The notes beneath the pieces were generated by a model that was given only the letters and a program-made list of their open reading frames with translations, was not told the origin of the DNA and searched no databases. The position numbers and the translations under genes are program-made. From NCBI GenBank assembly GCA_965645245.1, contig OZ287068.1, forward strand, positions 1 through 64,000: 64,000 bases of DNA, read 5' to 3'. This DNA is from Massalongia carnosa. Taxonomy: Eukaryota. Of this stretch, positions 32,760 to 45,661 are shown one piece after another (within the stretch, counting starts at the first letter, position 1; the number at the start of each line of letters is the position of its first letter).

Positions 32760-35700
32760 CCTCCGGGGGTTTGGGTTTTTGTGGGTACTCTCCATGATAT
32801 CGAAGCACTTTATCCGGTGAATTCTTGAAGTCAGTCCACGATTGCCAGAAGGGATTGGCGTTCCATTCGTCCCAGCTTCCCATGAACGTGGCTTTGTATT
32901 GAACTCCGAATTTTCTTGTCTCACGGCAGTCTACTACTTCGAGGACTTCCCATTCTTCATGTGATTCTTCCTCATCATTTCCTGTTATTGAGATAGTGTC
33001 AGGGTCTCGACACGGGGATGAGGATCCTCGCCTCGATCGGGGACAGAACGTCTAGACCCTGACAACGCGTCATCGGAGTTATCAGGATAGGAATTTCTTA
33101 GGAGTAGGACATCAGAGAGGGGTATATATTAGTCGTTTCGGTTCTTATAGATAGCTAGTTGTCAGTTTATCCATTCTATCCTCGCATGCCATAGCCTATA
33201 GGGCTCCCTCCCATCGCCTATCACAATAACCTTACAGATAGGTGGGCCTGGCGGAAGAACTTGTCCTGGGAAAGGGTTGGACGGCGCGAGGTGGAGTTTT
33301 CATGGATGGAAGATTGGTGTAAGTCCTACGTTCCTTAATTTGTCTGGAATTTCTAGTTCGTATGCCTTATTGTCGATAATTCTGATTATCTTCCATGGGC
33401 CTGCGTTTTTGAATCCTAGAGACCTGCTCGGGCGCTCGGATGCGAAATGTTTAGCATTAACATATACTATGTTTCCTACTTTGTATTCTGGATGCGGCTA
33501 GCGATCTTGGTTCGCATGCCGCGCTTGTTCTTCTTGAGCCCATGCTAACTGATCATTGAGCCATGTTTCCTGACGTTCTATAATCTTATCGGCGTGAAAT
33601 ACTTCGGCCTTGCCTTTCCTTCATAGTGGCCTGGGGGTTCTATCCCACTCCGGGGGTTAAAGCCGTGATCCGTGAAGAAATTTGTCATCCCGGTTGAGAC
33701 GTTTACGTGATTGTTGACGGCGAATTCGGCGTCTGCTAGGTAATCTACCCAGTTATCTTGAGTATAATTGACGTAGGCTCTGAGGTAATTCTACATTACT
33801 TTGTTCGCATTTCTGTCTGACCGTCTGTCTCTGGATGATGCGCTGACGAAAACTTGATTTTTATCCCGTATCTTTCGCAGACTCTTTTCCACAAGTGTGC
33901 TATTAATTGACTTCCTCTATCATTAACCGTGGATATAGGAAACCCATAAGACGAGAATAATCTTCGAGCCATAGCATCCATTAATTCTTCCTAGAAAGAG
34001 ATGTTAAAGGTTCGTATAAACGTATTTTTGTCAAACGATCTATGACTATCAATTTGTGCTGATATACTCTATTTCGTCTGCGGCATTCGGGAAGGAATTC
34101 GATGAAGTCCAATGAAAAATCTGTACATTTTCTGTTCGGTATAACTAGGAAGAGGATTCAATAAACCTTGCTTTTTATCGTTGTACACTTTGGACCTTCG
34201 GCAGACAGAGCAGTTCACCGCATATCGTTTGCAATGATCATTTATTTCAAACCAGAAGTAGTTTTCTCTCATGATTTGCTACATGCTTTTATATCCTGGA
34301 TGGCCTTGTAAGGACAGTTCGTGATGTTTCTTTAAAAGATATAACTGTAAGGGCTCATAGTTTGGGATATATAATCTTCCCTTGACATATAGCTTGTGAT
34401 CTTCCAGCTTGAGGTCTCCCATCGCTAGCTTTATCCCTCTTTTATGAGGTTTGGTGGGAGTTTTCTTACTTCCTTTCTTTTTGCTGATATTATGTCTTGG
34501 ACTACCTCGTCTTTTTCATAAGCTTCTTCTATATATTCTTCTAGAGATTTTTCTTCTATCTCTTTGCCTTCATTTGCGACGAGTTCTTGTTCATTATCGG
34601 CCCTCTCTGCCCTTTCTGAGATGTCCTCTTCGGTGGTTTCACTTTGATTATCTTGATCTCCGTTCTCGTCGTTGATACTAGTGTTTGCTGTATTTGTACA
34701 AAAACCTACGGATAACGCTTTTCGTACGTCGTCGTCTAATTGATGCTCTTGCAACAATGTTTGAAGTTGAGGTTGCTGACGACTATCTTCCAATCCCTTT
34801 AGAGGATCTTGAGACCGGCGAGTTAATGTGTCTGGTTTCTCACCTTGTTTTCCCGGCCGATACGTGATCTTCAAATTGAATTTCGATAGGAATTCCGCCG
34901 ATCTCGCTTGCCTGCGGTTCAGTTGCTTTGTTGTCATGAAGTGTTCCAAGTTCTTATGATCCGTGTAAACCTTTACTGGTTTATCTGGGGCTGCACTGGC
35001 AATCTCGGGTCGCCAGACCTCCAAGCTTTTTACGATGGCTAAGAATTATTTGTCGTATATCATATAATTACACTCGGCGGGTGTCATCTTTTTAGAGAAG
35101 TAAGCCACCGGATTCAATCCTCCATCGTGCATCTGAGAGGACCCCGGCGCTGACGATATCTGTGGAATCCGTCTCTACCCAGGTCTCTTAAGCAGGGTCG
35201 TAATGAGCTAACACTGGTGCTGTATTGAATGCCTCCTTCAAATCCTCAAAGGCTCTCTGACAGTCCTCGGACCAAATAAATGTATTATACTTGATTCGTT
35301 TCTTTTCCGACTTTGTGGTTATTTGCTCGCCTTTGATTAATTCCGTTAATGATCTTGTTCTTTGCAAGAATCTTAATATAAATCTCCAATAGAAATTCGC
35401 AAAACCTAGGAATACTTATACGTCTTTTACGGATTCTGGTGTTGCCCATTTTAAAACCGCTTCGATTTTTCGGGATCCATTTTTATTCCATCGGTGGTGA
35501 CTATCAGTCCGAGATACTTTATTTCCGTCACTGAGAATTCACATTTGTCGATGTCGACTTGAAGTCCTCGTTCTTGCAATCTCTTTAGAACCTTTAAAAC
35601 TTGTCCCGAATGTTCCTCTTCATTTCCGCTATAAATCAAGACGTCGTCTAAATATGCCGTGCAAAAGACGTCCAGATATTCTCGAACGGTATCATTTATA

Positions 35701-37430
35701 AAGCTCTGAAAGGTTCCCGGAGCATTGCATAAACCGAAGGGCATTACTAGATACTCGAATTAGCCGTATCTTGTATTAAACGCGGTGAGCCAGTCAGGAC
35801 CCTCTTTTATTCTCATACGATTGAATGCGGAGATAACATCTAGCTTCGTGAACTTCTTGGTTTGTGAATGCTTTCCGAGAGTCTCGTTGATTGATGGAAT
35901 AGGATATAGATTTTTTATTATAGTCGAATTCAAGGTAGTCTACACAAAACCTCAATCCCCCTCCAGGTTTCTAACTAACAGGACCGGAGTAGCTGCACTC
36001 GAGGAGCTCGAGCGGATGAAACCTTTTCCTAGATATTCATCGATATATTTCTTCACCGCTTCTATTTCTTGTTCGGACATAGGTTTGTAAATTCTTACAT
36101 AAGGAGGTTTAAAACCTTCTTCGAGGTTTAATTGATAATCCTCCTTTCGATGCTTGGGTAATTCGTCAGCTTTAGGTTTCATGAAGACTTCTATCACGCT
36201 GTTGATATGCCGCTGGAACTCTTTTCAATAGCTCCTCGCGAGTGTACTCGGGTTTCCCCTTCATGAAGTTGTCGTAATCTCCTGATGTTACAGCCACTGT
36301 GGTTGTCGCATAACAGGCTTTTGTCATCTCTTGAGGAATCCGCAGATATCCTTCATGATCCTTCCTTTTAGTCATACGAAAGAAGTGCTTCGCGTTAACT
36401 GGGAGAACTTCTATGTCCCCCTTTGGCTCAATCCTGTCTTTGACCTTGCTACCTATGGCAAACTCGGTGCAAGTTATCCCCCGTGTGAGACATCCTTTTT
36501 CTAAACAATCTGAAGAGTTGAACTTTATAGTTTGCTCTTTCCAGTTAATACTCAGGTTGTGGGTTTGTAGCCACCCATCTCCTAAAATAAATGAGTGCGT
36601 ATCAAGTTTTGCTTAATAGTACCGGACTTGTTCTTCATGATCTCCGATCTTTATCTCGATCAGAGCAGCTTTGGTGAGAAGTTGGACTACTTCTCCGTTA
36701 CCAAGAGTAAGTTTCACCTTCTTGTCCAGTTTGAAGGTGTTTAATTTATGAATACGCGCAAAGGATTTGTCAATGAGTTCGGCTTCACTGCCATTATCGA
36801 CAAGTAAGCGGGTTTTAATTCCAGCTATGCTAGTTTCAAATACTAAATGCTTGCCCTCGATTTTCTTTTCAGTATCGCGGACAGCACAAGTAGAGACCCT
36901 AAAACTCTTTATTTCAGCTTCACCGTTCTCATTATTAACATCCCCCTCTGAGAGTCCTTGATCGCGATTTTGATCAAGAACTAAGCTTTCCCCGAGTCCG
37001 ATTCAGAACCGGAATCGGTTTCTATTGTTTTCATGGCGTTAAGTTTCCTCTTTTTGTGCTGAGGACATATTGAATCGCTTCCCCGATGTCCCGATCCCCT
37101 GCAAGCCCAGCATCTACCCTGAGCGGATAGGGTTTCCCGATCGTCGTTCTCCAGTTTCTTTGGATTCGGGTCTGGATCGTACCAAGCACCTGTCTAACCT
37201 GTTGGTTTCACGATCGTCAGGCCGGGTTTGGTGCTGGAGCGATCCTCGGTTTTCTTGATTTGATAAGAGGGGGAGTATGAAGACTTTCCCTTAGTTGATT
37301 GTCCTCCCAAGAAGTTGCTCCCTTTGCCGGCGTTCTTTGACGGAAGTTGATTCTCGGGGCGAGGGAAGTGTTGGGCGACATCCTTTCAGCGATACTTGAT
37401 TCTTCGAGCCTCGTCCAATAGGGGACGGAA
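32760..37430 (-). mobile_element. Degenerate Ty3/Gypsy chromovirus (gag end through chromodomain)
   Basis: Knuckle CWACRGSGH at about 37100, LVDNGSE protease at about 36800, [13 protein letters not shown] (35451..35744), TDHKNL, NDRGSQ/HPETDGQTE and a chromodomain at about 32850-32960. Many stops and frameshifts. Confidence 0.9.
32997..33236. mobile_element. Solo LTR (240 bp) inserted in the degenerate Gypsy
   Basis: TGTCAGG...CCTTACA with TSD GATAG (32992-32996 and 33237-33241). Removal restores LPPGPPISITG. Confidence 0.85.
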
Positions 37431-38651
37431 TTTGATATTGTTGCACACATGAATATTAGTTCAGTTATTCAATATTCATGAGCTCTTGATTGTGTAATTA
37501 TCTATCGAAAATAAAAACGATGTTTTAATAGATGTAAAAGCGTCTAACTTCTTCTCAATAGTGTCGAAATTGATGATGATGATTTTAATGACTTTTGATC
37601 GTTGAAGGGATTTTTTAATCTTAACTTTAAACTGATAATTTTTTATTGCTTCATCAATCTGTATTTGAATTTGAGATTTGAAAGTTCAATTTGAGAGTCG
37701 CTTCTCTGATATTAGATAGTAGCAGTCATTGTAACAATGAACGAATTCACAAAAGCATTTGAAAGGCGTTTTTTGTTCATTAAATGTCGCCTAGTGAAAC
37801 GAAGCTACCTTGTGTTTATTGCTATTCCAGTGTTTGGGCAAAGTCCTGACCCTAGTGTTATGATCTACCTAGAGACTAGTCATAGGGATGCAAGAAACGA
37901 ATACAATCAAGATGAGGAAGAAAAGAACAATTGAAACACAAATCTCGCCCCTATATAGTCCAGCGGCCCCTAGCCCTCAACCGACTCGTGGAAGGATCTA
38001 GAAGGTTCGAGCATTGACCAGCTATGGAAACCGTGAATGCTGTTATGATTACGCCGCGGAATGGGTTGGGTTGGGTTGGGTTCGGGTTGGGTATTCATTG
38101 GGTTACCCAAATCACATGCTTAGTAATGGTAATCAATAACCTTGACTTATCATTGCCTCAGTACCTCAGACGTGAGTGGCTCAATGAGCCGGCTAAGCCC
38201 CTCCGGGTTAGCCTATTTTAGCTAAGCCCCTTCCGGTTAGCGTCGCTGCTGACTAACATCAGTGCGATAGCACGTCTGAGCGCAAAATTCAAAATTACGG
38301 CCAGATCCGCGTAATAAAAATTTTAGCAGTGCAACCATTCCTTTTATGGATTTAATACAATGATTAGGGTCGTATTAGTTTACCAGAGACTGTATTTTAT
38401 ACCAAAAACGCACCTCTCAAGATGGATGACTCGATAATCATGTGTTATAACTACTGTCAGGCTAAGAAAAGCGATGTGAAAGTCGATTAAGTGATAAATT
38501 GTTCGCTTTCGCTCAATTTTGAGGTTGATGAACTGATTATTTTCATGTGGCGCGATTACATTGAGTTACAAAGATCATGATGATATGAATAACGACGGCC
38601 AATCAATGGTATTGTATGATTTATCTAGATTGAAGCTATCTGACGAAAGCC

Positions 38652-41363
38652 ATGGCTCTTGTCGGGGGCCCCTCCTCGCCACTTACCGACCTACGGACAA
38701 GTCCCTTGACTCCCGCCGGTGCGCTCAAGCGGCCCCACCCATCGCCGTCAGGCAGTAATGATAGCTCACCCTCTTCCTCCTCCCCTCCTGCCTTACCTGA
38801 AAAAAATAAAGGCGCGAAACGCCACCGCCGGCGCATATCAGATTACGCCAAGCTGGTTGAGGTGCTTAAATTTCTGAGCTCTCTAAATTGGTCGGTAAAA
38901 GATTTTTTATCAACACTTTGTAAGAATCGAGCCCGTCATAGTATGCGAAAGGCGCAAGGCCAGCTCTTCGATTTTATCTATGTCGATATTGTGCGGCAAG
39001 AAGACTTTTCAAGCCTCATTGGGCCTGGTAGAATATCCACTATCCTTCGCGAGAGAGGATGGGTTTGGGCCGCGGATGTGCTTCGTGAAGAAATCAAAGC
39101 TTTGGCAGATCACGCAGCCTTTGGCCCTTTCCAGCCGCCCTCTGCGACAGTCGAGTTTGGGACCTTGGAGGCTATTAAACTTGCTGCATCTGCCGCCAAG
39201 CAGTTGGCGCCACGATGGCTTGAGCTAATTGATAGTGTTTGTCGCGAGGCTCGCCCGCAGGAACCTCTCGATGTGACGTTGGATTCTCCCAGCGGCCGGC
39301 ACACCGTTATATTGGCAATGCTTTGTCACAAATTGCGACCAAATAAGGCGACCAATATTCAGTCCGTCTTAGGCCTTTATATTTATCAAGGTGGGGCGAG
39401 GCGGCGAGTTCTAAATACACTCTGTCATTTTGACCTGACGATGTCATATACTACCCTGCAGCGGCGCATGTTGTCCTTGATTAAGGAGGCCGAACGAAAG
39501 GTTCAGATGCTAGGACAAGGCTCAAACATGATCTTGACATACGATAACTTTGACTTCGCAGAAGGTAAACGAGGAGAGCGTACGGTGGATAATAGAGACG
39601 TCAGATCAATCACTACCGCTCTAATTTTCCAGGGGCAAGGATTCGATGCCGGCGCTTTGAGGCAGGATATGTGGCGCCCCGCCACGCATCTTTTATCAGC
39701 TGAAAGAATTGCGCGAAAGCTAGAGACTGGTGATCTCGAGATGCAGGTGAGTTCAATACAGGACGAGGTGTATATACCGCGCTCAATCGCTAATGCACCG
39801 CGTACCTAGATTCGTCTTCATCATCTAGAGTCAGCGATTCGAGCGCTTTATGGCCCAGAGATCGGCGACGTTCAACTTCCTTGGTCGACTGCAATGCCCG
39901 TGCTGAATAAGATGAAAAAATACAAGACCAATTACATTCCTATCAAACCAGTCATGAAGGATGAGAGCACAACATCTAATAATATTCAAATATTGGAGGA
40001 TATATTTGTGCGACAGTTCAAGTTCAAGGAGGATGACTCGACGTTTGCGAGCGTCATTCGGCTTATCTATGGTGACCTCAAGACATAGTCGAGAATGCAA
40101 TCTGTCAAGGAATTACGTCGTGGGATATCGGAGCAATCTTTCGATCGGTTCGACTGGATTTTACCGGGATTAGGGTTATGGCATCTTCGCTTTAACATGC
40201 TGCAGCTTATTCATAAAATACATTGGGGAGAGGCCCAGCCGGTTGATCCTTCGACTCTTCAATATGCCACCGATCGGTGGGGCCGCGCTCGTGTCGTGCA
40301 GCCGAACGATTTCCAGGCCTTAGAGGATCTGATCATTCAGAGCTATCAAGCTAGAATCGTTGGGACGTGGATTAGGTTTTTACGAAAAGATGGATATGCT
40401 CCGCAGCGAATCGAAGCAACTATTTCGTCGCTCACAGCGCAGACTTGCGGGCAGGATGGCACATGGATGAATATGTTGGGCAGGATATCTCGCAAACTTC
40501 ACGCGGAATTACCCTCAACGTCAATAGATATGCTTCCTCCAACGCTTGATCAACAATTTCAGAATCATCAGAACTTCTGTGATCACGTTGAATCGTATCT
40601 AACACTTCGATACGCAATCAAATATGCGGATATTGGACTACTTCGTCACGCATTGCGCCACGCAACGGTGATCTTTCAGGCAAGCGTAGCTGGCAACCCG
40701 AAATATGCGCAAGCTCTTCTATACACCCTTCATGCAATTGATTCTTCCGCAGCGACCATAAGGCTACAGGAAAGTATTTTAATGAATAGTCTTGTCAAAT
40801 TACGCGGTGACGAAGAGTCGAGTTTTGAGACTGATCGGCTTTTAGAGATACTAAACAATAACCTCAAGACGTTCCAGCACGAGCGATCTTATTTTTCAAA
40901 GTATAGTGATACCTTGCTCGAGAACTGGGCACTCAACGGTCCATATCTTATGAAGCTCAAAGAAATCGTTGAGTTTTACTTTGGAAGAGTCAACTCTTCA
41001 AGGCATCCAGCAAAATCGGCCGCAGAGGATGTGTGGGGCATGGCTACGGCACTAGCGCATAAATCACTCTGTAAAAGAAGCTATGATCGATTTTCAACTA
41101 ATCCAACAGCTAATCTTTATGTTGAGGGATTGAAGAAACTTGGAGAAAATGTATTAAAATACAATCAGCAGTATCTTTCCGAAGAAATTTCAAAAGAAAT
41201 TTCAACAGACGACCTTGAGGGTAAGTATGAAGCCGAGCCGATTTTGTCAATGAAACAAAGCAGGTCCCCGACAGCCCTGTCATTTCAATGGCCCGTCTCG
41301 AGATATCCGGCGGTATGTTTTTTGATTAAATCATCGATACCACGAGATAGCCTAGTCATGTAA
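38652..41363 (+). CDS. Academ-type (DUF6589-like) transposase, one intron and one premature stop
   Basis: YDNFD, GDLKT, PGLGLWHLRFN and DRLLE motifs. Intron 39747-39809 (GTGAGT..GCTAAT..TAG); in-frame TAG at 40086. Confidence 0.8.
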
Positions 41364-41427
41364 ATCCGCGCCGCGCGGCTTTATTGAGTCAGAGGTAGCG
41401 GACGGGGCACTTTCTTTCTTGTCTAGA

Positions 41428-43633
41428 TCATGTCGGAGGAAGGGCCATAGGTACATTCAGCGACAACGCTTCCATAGGATCTCGAGGCGCTTTTTTGGTC
41501 TTTGATGCCTTCATCGATGATTTAAGAGCATCAACATTGTCAACAACGAGCGCCGCATCGGAGATATTGTGATTAGGCGCAGGATTCTCGCCCGATGGCT
41601 CCGTGCTCTCGCTTTCCTTCGAGACTTCCTTCTTGACCGCATTTCGCTTTTTAAAAACCTTTCTCGACATATATCCTTGTTTGATCATCCAGTTTTTCCT
41701 CCGTTCCTCAAATTCAATACTGGCGGAGTTGCATGTTAGGCTGGGTAATCGTTTTCTCTTTATGTCGTTGTGTCGTTTCCATTCCTCGAACATGTCTCCC
41801 TCGTCTAATCTCATTGCTTGACCCCGCTTTAAAATTTCTAAAAGCTCGGCGCCGTAGGGCCTAATACCAGTCCATGTGTTACCAATCCATCGCCGCATGG
41901 TGGGCTCGTCCACAATCTGATCCGCCCAAGTGGTCAAAGAATTCAGTACCTCATCGGGCATTATCAATGATGGGAAGTATCGCATATGTGAATTTGGGAA
42001 CTTTTCCTGCGCCTTGGCCTCCCTCCATTCTCGAAGTTTAAGGGTGAACCAAGGCCGCCTAGACGAGTCACGCTCGGCCGTTCTATTTAAAATTTCATTG
42101 GCGGCTGTTGATGTCTGAAAACTTGGATCGCAAATTGAATAGCAAGGTTGCGGCTTAACATAGGCCGACGTTGGATACACTTTATAATTGAAGAAATTCA
42201 AGCCAATACCTCGAACGCAACCATCTAAAGGCACATTGATTATCTCCCAAAGACCCGGTGGCATATCTCGTCGCCGATCAGCATACTTTTGATTGATGCG
42301 GCGTTTACTGGCCTTGGATTCAATCTCGATTCCCGCGTCATATCCGTCCTGTTCGTCCATTTTTGATCCGCTTCTTGGACCCATGCACCAAGAAGGATGC
42401 AAAAGAGTAAAATGCGCCTGTTCTCGACCGCAACGTAAAGCACGACCTAAACGTTGGTATAGCTTCGCCATTGACGAGGGTAGCAGCCATTGCGTAACTC
42501 TCATAACGTCTGGATTATCAATACCAAGCCCGTATGCATCCGTTGCGATCAGGATTCGAGGAAATTTACATTGATTCGAGGGCATTTCGAAGCGGGCCGC
42601 AATCCTTTCTTTGTCTTGGGTGGCCATGTCGGAAAAGAAAGGCGCGACCCAACTAGCAGCCTCAATTGGATAGGACAATAGATTCATCCATACTTTTATT
42701 AGCGCACACGCCTTTTTGATAGATGAAATTGAATCCATGAAGATAATCGTTTTCGGAATATCAAAAGGACTCTCAGCCCGTGTTGGTAAAAGATATTGAA
42801 GATCGATCATGCTGTTCATAGGCCGCTGTAGACTGCTTGTCTGTATGTATATCTCTGGACGATCAAGCGCTGTTTGAATAACAGTACTTTCGTTATCAAA
42901 GCCACAGCGATCTTTAACGCTCTCTAGGGTTCTTGGATCCAGCGTTGCAGACGCACCCAGAAAAGGAATACCATCTGGTAATCATGTACGAAGCACACCG
43001 AGATTGAAGTATTCGGGTCGGAAATCTCGCCATTCGGATACAAGATGTATCTCATCAAGAGCTAAAAGACATAAATTCAAGAAGAAACTTGGATGCCTCA
43101 GAACCTCCTGATTAAACAGCTTTGACGTCGCTATCTCTGGGCTAGTAAAAACTATTCATATTAACGAGTAAGTTTTTATATTTATCTCAATCATAATTTG
43201 AATACACACCATGCGTATAATTGTTTTCACGAATTAACTTTAAATTAGACGAATTATTACTATCACCGTCCAACACGAAAGGCTTGCATCCCTCGATAAC
43301 GCTCAATTTCTTGCACTGTTGAGCTTCTAAGGTCTTGAGAGGCATGATAATTAAAGCGATCTTAAGACAAGAGAACATTAATGGCATAGCTTGAAAGATA
43401 ATACTCTTTCCAAATCCAGTCTTGGCGATAAATATCAGATCCTTTTGATCTTGTGCTAAAGTCATGATAGCGTCAACTTGCTCATTCTTTGGATAAAAGC
43501 CGAATTTACTTAAAATCACGGTCGTCACCTGCTCGCGAGTTATTGACGCTATAGGATCGTCCATTTCGATGTGTTCGCGAGCGATATTCGACGATTCGCG
43601 AGTTGGATTCTTAGCCCGCAAAACGCATATCAA
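41428..43633 (-). CDS. RecQ-like SF2 helicase of the Academ element, one intron and one premature stop
   Basis: AKTGFGKS (I), DEIH (II), FRPEY, SAT (III), ATDAYGLGID (V), QRLGRALR (VI) and an HRDC-like LREWR..LIMPD segment. Intron at about 43152-43207; TGA at 42982-42984. Confidence 0.88.
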
Positions 43634-45661
43634 GCAAGTTCATCACATTCAACGATTATAGGCTTTCGAAAACAACGCTCGGAGGATCAGATTAAAGATC
43701 AGAAGCGCCGACAATGAAAAACTGGAGCTAGTGACCCGTTGAGTCTGCTGTGGTGGTGTCGAAATTTCGAGTCAAAGTCGAGTCCTCGTCGCGAGATCGA
43801 TATTGCGACTCAATTTTGCATCGATATGTAATTAAAATATTGATTAATCGATAGAATGTATATCAAAACATCATTTCTATTATTACATAATTTATGAAAT
43901 GTCGTTGCGCGTTGTTGATTCCGCAGTCAACTTGATTCTTGATGATTTTTGAGGTTAAGCCAAAAATTTGTATTAGCGCGCACCAAAATAAGCCGGATCT
44001 GACAAAAATACAGAGTTTTGCGCTCAGACGTGCCGCCCGTAGCTTGCGTAGTCAGCTAAAGGGCCGCTAACCCGAAGGGGCTTAGCGAAAATAGGCTAAC
44101 CCGGAGGGGCTTAGCCGGCTCATAGAGCCACGCACGTCTGAGGTACTGAGGCAAACTTATCAACGTGGCGATCGGCGTTAGTATCTTATGTATTCTCAAC
44201 TATACCATCTACTTACCACCAGGCATACTCTTCCTGGTGGTTGGTTTTCTTATCGCACCTGTTCTGGCACCTGGTCCGGGTATTCTGTCGAGTGTTCGGT
44301 TTGGAATTCGCGCAGGTTTGCGCGTACGCTTGCGCGGAGTCTTCGGTGCCATATCTAAAAGCAAACAGGCAAGCAGACAGGTTATCAGTGGTCGAGCGTG
44401 GCAACTAGGTTAGGGTGGGTAAGGTTAGGTTCAGTATGACTAGGTTGGGTAGGCTAGTTTAGGTGGAATATGTATGCATGCGTTGGATTTGACTGAGTTT
44501 TTAGAACGTAAATGTTGTTATTAATGCTTTATCGCAGCATAATGTAGTCAATAAAGTTACATTCCTACAGATACATTCCTACTGCTACATCCTATATATA
44601 CATTCCTATATACAATCCTCGTCATTCGCAACAATGAGCAGCTCGCAGATGATAGATTCAGAGATATACGATCTTCAAGTTGTGGGCAAATCCACCAGAT
44701 GCTACGCATATGTGGCCGAGAAGAGCGAGGAGTGTATGGAATGGTGTCGAAGTACGAGATGGCATTTTGCTAATGAAGGGAAGAGTAGAAAGGCGATGAA
44801 GAAGATCGATTGGGGATCGACCAAAAGAGAGGCGGCGGAATGGAAAGAGTTTCAGGAAGGCGCCACTGTGGGCGATGGTAATCCCAAAATAATCTGCTCG
44901 CGATGCTCCCTGGTCTTGACTCATCCCTCACTGGGCTCCGGAAATAACTGCATGACTATTCTAATCACTTAAATTCCGAGTCCTGTAAAAAGACGTCGAC
45001 ATTGAAAGGAATGAAGCAACTTTCCTTAAAGGTTGGATATCGTGCCGAAGTATGACTACTACAATGATTACCACATTACGTGCTTTGCTAATCAATATTA
45101 GATTGAAGCAAAAAGACAAGAGGCCTTAACTCTCAACGGGCGTAGACTAAAAAAGGATGATTTCACGCCTCAATTGCTTCGTATGATTGTTGCTCTTGGG
45201 CTACCGTTACGAAGTGTCGCCACTAATCGAATTGCAAAGAGCGTTCAACTGTCTGCTCGATAATGTACAATTTCCTTCACTATCGACAATCAAGAATCGC
45301 TTGATTACCCGAAGTCAAGAGATTATTCCGCTTTTGCTTGAGAGGCTACCTAGGGTAGTTCAAAGGTCTCTCTGGCTTTGGATTGTTGGTCGTTATTTAA
45401 TCGTCAAGGTTATCTGGCATCAATGCTTACAGTCGACTGCAAAAGGTTGGTCGCGACCCTGAATTTGGGACCACAAATCAAATATTTATGCGAAAATGGC
45501 AAAATGCCGGCAAAAATCTGAAAACTACCCTCACCGCCTACATGCCAATGAAGTCGTACTACTGGTCAGTATTGAAGCGATTTGTAGATTAGTATATGTA
45601 GATGCCATTCCCCGTCTTTTTTCCCTCCCCCCTCTGCCATTCCCCATTTTTTATCTCAGAT

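Larger units (their letters stand above)
38153..44154. mobile_element. AcademH-like DNA transposon (transposase + RecQ-like helicase), complete, 6002 bp
   Basis: TIRs start TTGCCTCAGTACCTCAGACGTG: about 90 bp near-perfect, patchy to about 135 bp. 8-bp TSD ACTTATCA (38145-38152 and 44155-44162). Two convergent genes. Confidence 0.88.

Noticed and set aside
37856..38050. Possible truncated LTR (TGTTATGAT start, TATATA)
   Set aside because: No matching end or TSD found.
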